Below, in pieces: positions 57,623 to 64,000 of a DNA stretch of 64,000 bases. Under the pieces are notes generated by a model. That model ran no database searches. It saw only the letters and a program-made list of their open reading frames with translations, and had not been told where the DNA came from. A program made the translations under genes and the position numbers. Positions within the stretch are counted from its first letter, which is position 1. Every line of letters starts with the position of its first letter. The DNA comes from a virus, in IMG/VR virus record IMGVR_UViG_3300038696_000205, positions 55,323 to 119,322 of that record; one strand, 5' to 3'.

Positions 57623-58189
57623 TTACATATTGTACTCTACAAAACGTTTTAGGTCATTGTAACCCAACTTACTGATACCGTTTGGATATCCAACAGCCAT
57701 AAGGTCTTGGTTCAATTCATCGTAGTCCATGTCCTTGAACTGGTTTACATATTCTAAGAACTCATCATTGTTCAAGTGTTTAATCTTAACAACTGGAATA
57801 AGACTACAATCGTTCATCATTGCCGCCATAGCTCTGTGTCTACCTTCCTGACTTGAGTTATCGTGAGTGTAGAAACCAACTGGGGCCTTCTCACCGTTTC
57901 TCATTCTCTCGGCATACTTAGCAGCTCTTTCCTTATCATAACCACCACCTAAGGCATCCTCATAAGATATTCCGAAACCGTTTGCTATTCTATATATGTA
58001 TTGTTTTGGTGATATGTATTCAATGATACCAACCCTTCTTTTAGCCACAATGGAGTAAAGTGGTTTTTCAATTTCAATATAATCGTTTACTGTGTTCATA
58101 TCAAAGTACTTACAACAGTCACAATCGTTTGACAGGTTTTCCCTGATTAACTTTTTAATTAATGTTTTTGTTTCTGATAGCTGTTTCAT
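57623..58189 (-). CDS. ParB/Srx-like domain protein
   Basis: QEGRHRAMAA motif. Confidence 0.55.
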   Translation of the reverse strand: MKQLSETKTLIKKLIRENLSNDCDCCKYFDMNTVNDYIEIEKPLYSIVAKRRVGIIEYISPKQYIYRIANGFGISYEDALGGGYDKERAAKYAERMRNGEKAPVGFYTHDNSSQEGRHRAMAAMMNDCSLIPVVKIKHLNNDEFLEYVNQFKDMDYDELNQDLMAVGYPNGISKLGYNDLKRFVEYNM

Positions 58190-58193
58190 ATTT

Positions 58194-58862
58194 TTAAGAA
58201 TAATATGAGGTATATGTATTTTTATCTAATCCATAATCTATTATTACAATAGTATCTTCACCATTTCTTTGTACAATACCATATGAATTTAATCTAACTA
58301 AATCGCCAACGGGTAAGTCGTAATTACCCACATAATCCAAAATACCGCTAACAAACTCATCGTCCCACATGGCATCAGATAATTCTGGGTCTACCTTAGG
58401 ATATGTGGGTCTAGGTTTATCCCTATCACTATAACTAAGTAATAGTGTTGAGTAATCTTTGAAATCAAAACCAGTTATACGTTTAAAATCACTAATTCTA
58501 ACCTTTCTAGCTAATTCCATTTCACTCCATAAGTTATCTGGGTGATAATCAAATACCCGTGCGACCACATCTTCTATATCGTTATATCGTGAATGCGATA
58601 TTTCTATTTCGTTCTGGGCCAGACCTTTTGAGTTCTTAGCTAATTTTAAAACTTTTTCATCATCTATTTTATATACTATTCTAGCTGAACCAGATGATAT
58701 TCTCTGTAAATTTTCTTGACAATATCTTATCCTAGCATTAAAAGAGTTTAGTTTTTTAAACTCATCCATATTAAAGCTAGATGGGTAATCTTCACCTATC
58801 ATGTTTTCTAGTACTTCAAAAACCAAGGATTCACTTAGTAACTTTTTTATATTATCTTTCAT
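58194..58862 (-). CDS. protein-kinase-like fold protein
   Basis: GSARIVY, VLKLA, NEIE, GDL...NSYG, IIDYG. Confidence 0.65.
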   Translation of the reverse strand: MKDNIKKLLSESLVFEVLENMIGEDYPSSFNMDEFKKLNSFNARIRYCQENLQRISSGSARIVYKIDDEKVLKLAKNSKGLAQNEIEISHSRYNDIEDVVARVFDYHPDNLWSEMELARKVRISDFKRITGFDFKDYSTLLLSYSDRDKPRPTYPKVDPELSDAMWDDEFVSGILDYVGNYDLPVGDLVRLNSYGIVQRNGEDTIVIIDYGLDKNTYTSYYS

Positions 58863-59265
58863 ATAAATTAGATTCTTTGAGCAATTTTATAATTATTGAT
58901 TTACCCTCACCTATATCCAACATAAATTTTGAATTAGGAAATAATACTATTTCCCCAGTGCCATACTTTTTATCTCTAGTTATAATTGAATCATAACCTT
59001 GTGACATTAATTTTTTAGTTAAATTTGCACCCTTTGCCTTAAATTTAGTGGATAAATCCATCTTATAGTCAATTGGGTTATTGTATTCATCTAAGTCAAT
59101 GTATAATGGTTTGGTTAAATTGGCCATACCACCTATCCAACCTGGAAATAGTTTGATGTTTCGGTCCCATTCTAACACATATGTACCCTTAGGTTCCACA
59201 TCCTGTCCAAATTCGGAACCGTGGTATTCAGCGGCTTCCATATTTTTCATTATACTTAACTGCAT
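58852..59265 (-). CDS. ADP-ribosyltransferase-like small protein
   Basis: YHGS ... GYDSII ... EIVLF pattern. Confidence 0.45.
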   Translation of the reverse strand: MQLSIMKNMEAAEYHGSEFGQDVEPKGTYVLEWDRNIKLFPGWIGGMANLTKPLYIDLDEYNNPIDYKMDLSTKFKAKGANLTKKLMSQGYDSIITRDKKYGTGEIVLFPNSKFMLDIGEGKSIIIKLLKESNLYER

Positions 59266-59326
59266 TTGTTTTATTTATAAATACTTTATAAAACAAAAAA
59301 GGCTGGTAAATACCAACCTTTTAATG

Positions 59327-59409
59327 TAACTCAGAAGGGATTCGAACCCTTAAAGGTCTGGCCTTCTTAGGGCCAATGCTCTGCCATTCGCTTTTTTACC
59401 CACTGAGCA
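59327..59409 (-). tRNA. atypical tRNA-Leu(AAG) with D-arm insertion and short variable loop
   Basis: TGGCC-CT-AAG-AA-GGCCA; GTAAAAAA inserted before the D-stem. Confidence 0.65.
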
Positions 59410-59417
59410 ATATAACA

Positions 59418-59501
59418 GGATGAGATTGTTAGTGGGTTTGAACCACCGAAAATAGAGTATAAGTCTAGTTTTTTATCCGTTTTCTTTTGCTGTAATCATC
59501 C
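59418..59501 (-). ncRNA. stem+CAGCAA module with anticodon arm (TAT) and T-arm only
   Basis: GGATGA-TTA-CAGCAA...TAGA-CT-TAT-AC-TCTA...GGTGG-TTCAAAC-CCAC...TCATCC. Confidence 0.55.
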
Positions 59502-59505
59502 TTTG

Positions 59506-59556
59506 TAACCTAGGTGAGATTCGAACTCACACGCCCTTTCGAGCATTGGTTTCTTA
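59506..59556 (-). pseudogene. 3' half of a tRNA-Leu
   Basis: TAA-GA-AACCAAT, long variable arm GCTC-GAAA-GGGC, T-arm, CTAGGTT; TAA is also the HNH stop. Confidence 0.65.
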
Positions 59557-60003
59557 TTTATTATAGTTTCCTTTATTTTTACCAGAATTATTTTCTGTTA
59601 ATGAATGACAATTAGGACATAAAATCTGTAAATTAGTAAAATTATTGTTATATTTATTACCATCAATGTGGTGTAATTCTATAGGTATTAATTTACCCAT
59701 CCACATATGTAAGTCACAATTTTCACATTTATGTTTTTTTACATTATCTTCTATTAACTTATTTTTTAATAAATTACTTTTAACACATGTTGACTTTGAA
59801 TATTCTAGAGCTGTTTTTCTATCGTTACTAATTTTAATATTTTTACCACCTTTATTACCACCATAAATAATACCCATTTTATCTAAATAAGAATTTAATG
59901 TTTCTGGTTTACACTTTAATTCTCTACATATAAACGCTTTAGATTGATTAATATCAATCCACCCATTAATTTCATCTTTTCTTTCTAATATATCTATTCT
60001 CAT
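59554..60003 (-). CDS. HNH homing endonuclease
   Basis: IELHHIDGNKYNN...ILCPNCHS. Confidence 0.88.
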   Translation of the reverse strand: MRIDILERKDEINGWIDINQSKAFICRELKCKPETLNSYLDKMGIIYGGNKGGKNIKISNDRKTALEYSKSTCVKSNLLKNKLIEDNVKKHKCENCDLHMWMGKLIPIELHHIDGNKYNNNFTNLQILCPNCHSLTENNSGKNKGNYNK

Positions 60004-60057
60004 ATTAATAAATACGGTACACATTAATGAAAGGCTACTTTAGTGTATAATAATTTG

Positions 60058-60140
60058 TAACTCAGAAGGGATTCGAACCCTTAAAGGTCTGGCCTTCTAA
60101 GGACCAATGCTCTGCCGTTCGCTTTTTTACCCACTGAGCT
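60058..60140 (-). tRNA. atypical tRNA-Leu(TAG), paralog of 59327..59409
   Basis: TGGTC-CT-TAG-AA-GGCCA; same GTAAAAAA insertion. Confidence 0.65.
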
Positions 60141-60148
60141 ATTTTAAA

Positions 60149-60174
60149 CGTGTCTACCATTCCACCACTAAGCC
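60149..60174 (-). pseudogene. 5' half of a tRNA-Leu
   Basis: GGCTTAG-TG-GTGGAATGGTAGACACG; acceptor strand pairs with CTAGGTT of the 59506 half. Confidence 0.6.
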
Positions 60175-60182
60175 ATAATATG

Positions 60183-60268
60183 TGGGCCAGAAGGGAGTCG
60201 AACCCTCACGCCCCTTACGAGGCACAGGGGCTTAAACCCTGTGTGTCTACCAGTTCCACCACTAGGGC
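60183..60268 (-). tRNA. tRNA-Leu(TAA), acceptor stem with two mismatches
   Basis: CAGGG-TT-TAA-GC-CCCTG; near-duplicate of 60600..60685. Confidence 0.7.
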
Positions 60269-60522
60269 AATTTGTGGGGGTTAACCCCACTGTTTATTTT
60301 TATAATTCTTCCAGTTATCATCTATACCATATTTCTTTCCATTACACCCTTTATTAGGTGGACAAAAATCACAGTGTAAATGTACTTTTCTCATAGTCAT
60401 TTTATACACACGACTATCTGTTGTGTTTTCGACAATTATTTTGTGTCTTCCCATAGTTTTGATGTGCTTTTATTTGCACTAACCAAAACCGTAAATTTTT
60501 ACATACATAATCATTAATTTTG

Positions 60523-60593
60523 TACCCCCAAACAGATTCGAACTGCTGACTCTTGCATGTAAGGCAAGGATGTTCCCATTACACTATAGGGGC
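60523..60593 (-). tRNA. tRNA-Val(TAC)
   Basis: CTTGC-CT-TAC-AT-GCAAG. Confidence 0.88.
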
Positions 60594-60599
60594 AATTTG

Positions 60600-60685
60600 T
60601 GGGCCAAGAGGGATTCGAACCCTCACGCCCCTTACGGAGCACAGGGGCTTAAACCCTGCGTGTCTACCAGTTCCACCACTGGCCC
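60600..60685 (-). tRNA. tRNA-Leu(TAA)
   Basis: Full cloverleaf with long variable arm. Confidence 0.92.
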
Positions 60686-60691
60686 AATTTG

Positions 60692-60766
60692 TACCTTTAG
60701 AGGGAGTCGAACCCCCGACCTTCACCTTGTAAAAATGTTGCTCTAAACCAACTGAGCTATAAAGGT
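60692..60766 (-). tRNA. tRNA-Val(TAC)
   Basis: Loop TT-TAC-AA; perfect acceptor. Confidence 0.82.
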
Positions 60767-60779
60767 ATTTCACTATTTG

Positions 60780-60862
60780 AGCCTAATGTTGGATTCGAAC
60801 CAACGTGAGATTTCTCTAGCGGTTTTGCAGACCGCCCCATTCGGCCACTCTGGCAATTAGGC
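60780..60862 (-). tRNA. tRNA-Cys(GCA) with long variable arm
   Basis: GCGGT-CT-GCA-AA-ACCGC, U73. Confidence 0.88.
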
Positions 60863-60863
60863 A

Positions 60864-60897
60864 TAAAAAAAGTCCGATGCTTTACAGTATCGGACTT
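60864..60897 (-). terminator. attenuator terminator A
   Basis: AAGTCCGAT-loop-ATCGGACT-TTTTTT. Confidence 0.9.
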
Positions 60898-60919
60898 TGT
60901 ATATTAATTAAAATTTAGT

Positions 60920-61003
60920 TCAATTAATTCCACAGCCCGACACGCTCACTAAGACTAGTAAACATAAACAAAGGACAGATAGTATGTTATTAATTGTTTT
61001 CAT
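60920..61003 (-). CDS. leader peptide A (27 aa) MKTINNILSVLCLCLLVLVSVSGCGIN
   Basis: Hand translation; residues 8-19 are 11/12 L/V/C. Confidence 0.82.
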   Translation of the reverse strand: MKTINNILSVLCLCLLVLVSVSGCGIN

Positions 61004-61024
61004 TTTTATTTTTATTTTATTAAA

Positions 61025-61060
61025 GGTTTAACCCTTTGTTATTAAATATAAGCAAATATA
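61025..61060 (-). promoter_or_regulatory. promoter of leader A (TATATTTG + TATATTTAATAACAAAGGGTTAAA)
   Basis: Shared with leader C upstream region. Confidence 0.7.
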
Positions 61061-61101
61061 GTAAAAGTATTCTTATTAGTCAAGTTTTTTTATAATTATT
61101 T

Positions 61102-61419
61102 TTATTTATTTCTATAATTGGAGTCTAAATGGTGTGTATAATTGCCCCAATGGAACCTATCGGTAACTTCACTCCTGAATTTATCCAAATCACATAGGTC
61201 TATCATATTCAAAGCATCTTCAAGGGCATCTTCATATTCTATAAATGAACCTGAAAATTCACAATTACCATTAAACTCGGAATAACCTAAATCGGTTCCA
61301 CTATCCACCATACACATACTCCAAAGGAATCCTGATGCGTTAGTATAAATAGAGACAATAATATTCTTAGTGTCCATTATCACCTTATGTCTCTTTGTTA
61401 GTTCAATTAATCTTTCCAT
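61102..61419 (-). CDS. hypothetical protein
   Basis: ORF track. Confidence 0.65.
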   Translation of the reverse strand: MERLIELTKRHKVIMDTKNIIVSIYTNASGFLWSMCMVDSGTDLGYSEFNGNCEFSGSFIEYEDALEDALNMIDLCDLDKFRSEVTDRFHWGNYTHHLDSNYRNK

Positions 61420-61554
61420 ACATTTATATTTTAAAGATGCTTATCGCACCACTCCCATTTTTCTTTTAGCGTTGGATTGTCGTTTGGCTTTCCAGCCAAT
61501 TTGTACTTGTTGCCCCTACATGGGCATTTAAAAATTCTAACTGGTTGTTCCATA

Positions 61555-62265
61555 TTATTTTGTTTTTTTAGGTCTGGTCCTGAAACCATATTTAGGGTCA
61601 AAACCCTTGCTGTTAATAATCACTTTATCGTCACCTACTGGCATCTTTGGGGTTGATACGTCAACTAATGTTGAACCTAGAAACATGCTTATCTCTTGGA
61701 ATGCCTGATACGCATCAAGAATCTTATAAAAATCGATATCACTTAATTTTTTGTTAATATTAACTTCCCAAACCCCCGTTTCATAATAATATAGTGTGGG
61801 TGACTGGTATTTAATATGTTCATCAAGAATTACTTTATCAGTTAATGATGAAATAACTAAATTAAATAACTCAACTCTATTCCACTTACTCCAATTTACT
61901 TTGAAATCATATTCTATCTCTTTGAAGAACTCTAAACACTCGTCAACCCCTATTATTCTTTTGGTTATTAACTGGTCATTTACTCTACCACCAACCCTAT
62001 AGTTATAGTTTACTTCTGGATATACTTTACCACAAAAAAATAAGAATCTTGTAAAATATGATTCTATATTTCGAGTGTTATATATCAAGTTTGAGGTAAT
62101 ATAGTTACCACTATTTAGTGTTGTCCACCCTGGGGGTGACAACAAATCGTCTATTTCTTTACTTGCGATTTCGGTATTGGGTATCCTAAGATAATGAATA
62201 GTTTCATCTATACCAAATGAGACACCGATATCATAATAATCCTTAAATTTAGAAATAATTTTCAT
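61555..62265 (-). CDS. hypothetical protein
   Basis: ORF track (MKIISKFKDYYD... phage-type protein). Confidence 0.75.
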   Translation of the reverse strand: MKIISKFKDYYDIGVSFGIDETIHYLRIPNTEIASKEIDDLLSPPGWTTLNSGNYITSNLIYNTRNIESYFTRFLFFCGKVYPEVNYNYRVGGRVNDQLITKRIIGVDECLEFFKEIEYDFKVNWSKWNRVELFNLVISSLTDKVILDEHIKYQSPTLYYYETGVWEVNINKKLSDIDFYKILDAYQAFQEISMFLGSTLVDVSTPKMPVGDDKVIINSKGFDPKYGFRTRPKKTK

Positions 62266-62268
62266 GAC

Positions 62269-62667
62269 TTATAATATTTTACTTAATTCACTTAAGCGTT
62301 CTTTTTCCTTAATCGTTAGGTTGTCGATTCCACCTCTATCCACTAACAAGTCCAAAAAGTAATTAATATCTTCGGATATGTTGGCATCTATTGTAAAGTC
62401 CCTAACATCCTCGAATATCCTAGGACTATAACAGAATAGTGTTGTACCTAAGTTGAAGTCATTGATTTCAGTTATTCCGACTAATAGTTTATTCTTAATC
62501 GCTAGAATATCATATATTTCATCAATATTGAATCTGGTATCCACACAAATGATATTGTGATTTATATATTCAACCAAATGGTTCTCATCCAAGCCTTCTA
62601 GGGTTGATAATATCAAACCAGAGCTTACAAGGTCGCCACACTCTATTAAAAACATTCTATAATTCAT
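62269..62667 (-). CDS. hypothetical protein
   Basis: ORF track. Confidence 0.65.
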   Translation of the reverse strand: MNYRMFLIECGDLVSSGLILSTLEGLDENHLVEYINHNIICVDTRFNIDEIYDILAIKNKLLVGITEINDFNLGTTLFCYSPRIFEDVRDFTIDANISEDINYFLDLLVDRGGIDNLTIKEKERLSELSKIL

Positions 62668-62755
62668 AATATTTACTTTTCAAAAATCCAGACCTATATT
62701 ATGGTCATGGGAATAGTATATTTATTAAGGGCTGATAATGGTGATTGTGATTTAT

Positions 62756-64000
62756 GTGAACTACCCACACACTAAAAAGATGTGTGGGCTTCCTGTACAA
62801 CGCATAGCCTAATGGCTTACGTTAGCGTACAAAGGGTTGTCCCTAACCCCGAAATTTTTTATATTATACGCAGCGTTAAGGTCTCTATCTATTGAATTAT
62901 TACACTTATCACAATTATATGTCCTATCTGAAAGTTTTAAATCTTTCTTGTGGTTTCCACAATTAGAACATACCTTACTGCTCGGTTCAAATCTACCAAT
63001 TACAACAAGGTTTTTACCTTGCCAATCAGTCTTATATTCAAGCATTGTTCTTAATTGTCGCCAACCCATATCAGATATTGCTTTAGCTAAATTATGGTTC
63101 TTAACCATATTACTAACAGCTAAATCTTCCAAAACAATCGTATCATACGTGTTTATTAATTCAGTAGATATTTTATGCAAGTAATCAGTCCTTTGGTTAC
63201 GGATTTTCTCTTGCAACAATGCTACTTTTAATTTTTGTTTCTCTCTATTTATTGAACCTTTCTGTTTTCTCGCAAGACTTCTTTGTTCGACTCTTAATCT
63301 CTTTTGTTGTGATTTAAAAAAGTTTTTATTTTCATATACCACACCATCGGAAGTTATTGCTAAATCTTTAATACCAAAATCAATACCAACAGACGTTTCT
63401 GTTTTTATACTTTTTTGTTTTGGTTTTTCTGTTTGTGTATCAACCAATATTGAAACAAAGTATTTACCAGTTACTGTCTTTGTTAGTGTAACTCTTTTAG
63501 GTAAACCTTTAAATTCTCTATGGTAGTCAATAGCAACTTCTTTAAGTTTAGGTAATTTTAAAATATTATCCTTAAATGATATTTCAAATCCTTGTGGAAA
63601 TGTAATTGACTGTTTAGAGTACTTATTTTTAAATTTAGGGAATTGACCCCTACCTTTAAAAAAGTTTTGGTACGCAGTATCTAAATTAATTATACTATGC
63701 TGTAAAACTTGACTTGGACACTCTTTAATGTAATCAAACTCTTTTCTTAATTCTGGTAGTTGTTTTATTAAGTCGTATTTAGATATTGATTTTTTGTTTG
63801 AAGCATATGCAACAGTCTTAGTTTCTAAACCAAGATTATACACCAACCTGTTCACACCAAAATACCTTTGTAATTGGTCTTTTTGGTCATCCGTTGGAAA
63901 TATTCTGTATTTGTATCCTTTTAGCATATATTATTAAATAGTCTAAACTTTTGTAAAAGTACAATATTTTTTATCTAAAATCAAGTTCTGGTTAAAATTT
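62756..64000 (-). mobile_element. IS200/IS605-family tnpB element (left end outside window)
   Basis: Right-end hairpin CCCACACATC..GTGTGTGGG followed by TAGTTCAC at 62756. Confidence 0.8.
62809..63927 (-). CDS. tnpB: RNA-guided endonuclease TnpB
   Basis: GIDFG, VLEDL, DRDLNAA, zinc finger. Confidence 0.95.
   Translation of the reverse strand: MLKGYKYRIFPTDDQKDQLQRYFGVNRLVYNLGLETKTVAYASNKKSISKYDLIKQLPELRKEFDYIKECPSQVLQHSIINLDTAYQNFFKGRGQFPKFKNKYSKQSITFPQGFEISFKDNILKLPKLKEVAIDYHREFKGLPKRVTLTKTVTGKYFVSILVDTQTEKPKQKSIKTETSVGIDFGIKDLAITSDGVVYENKNFFKSQQKRLRVEQRSLARKQKGSINREKQKLKVALLQEKIRNQRTDYLHKISTELINTYDTIVLEDLAVSNMVKNHNLAKAISDMGWRQLRTMLEYKTDWQGKNLVVIGRFEPSSKVCSNCGNHKKDLKLSDRTYNCDKCNNSIDRDLNAAYNIKNFGVRDNPLYANVSH

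Noticed and set aside
7521-63184. Most other plus-strand ORFs in the track
   Set aside because: They are antisense to well-supported minus-strand genes and lack motifs; only 25245, 40135 and 52226 are credible plus-strand genes.
1-64000. Genome-wide TAG recoding (code 15)
   Set aside because: Long genes are intact in code 11 and several stop at TAG followed by intergenic DNA; it remains possible outside this window.

Overview
An AT-rich, almost entirely minus-strand segment of a large (jumbo-type) tailed phage genome. The host is probably Bacteroidota, inferred from many TAnnTTTG/TTTG sigma-ABfr-type promoters, A-rich SD-less starts and DUF3127. Positions 1-43.8 kb hold accessory genes: two sigma factors, SmpB, two 20-aa-repeat LRR-like proteins, NAD salvage (intein-split NAMPT, NadM-Nudix, Prs), Sir2, RmlA/RmlC, Thg1, a lysozyme, an Acb1-like 2H phosphoesterase, several homing endonucleases and a TnpB element. 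Positions 43.9-61 kb hold more than 30 tRNA and tRNA-like genes, a ~0.8 kb ORF-free structured RNA, an amber-suppressor tRNA, Tpt1 and a macrodomain; a second TnpB ends the window. Main discovery: three tRNA arrays each lie behind a short unannotated leader ORF, a terminator and a competing antiterminator. Each leader's central codons specify almost only the amino acids of the tRNAs directly downstream (Leu/Val/Cys; Phe/Asp/Ala/Glu; Tyr/Thr/Gln/Gly/Lys/Pro). This looks like ribosome-mediated attenuation that senses loss of specific host tRNAs and switches on matching phage replacements. A circularly permuted tRNA gene inside a recurrent stem+CAGCAA module is a second strong oddity. All calls are by eye, without database searches or folding software.
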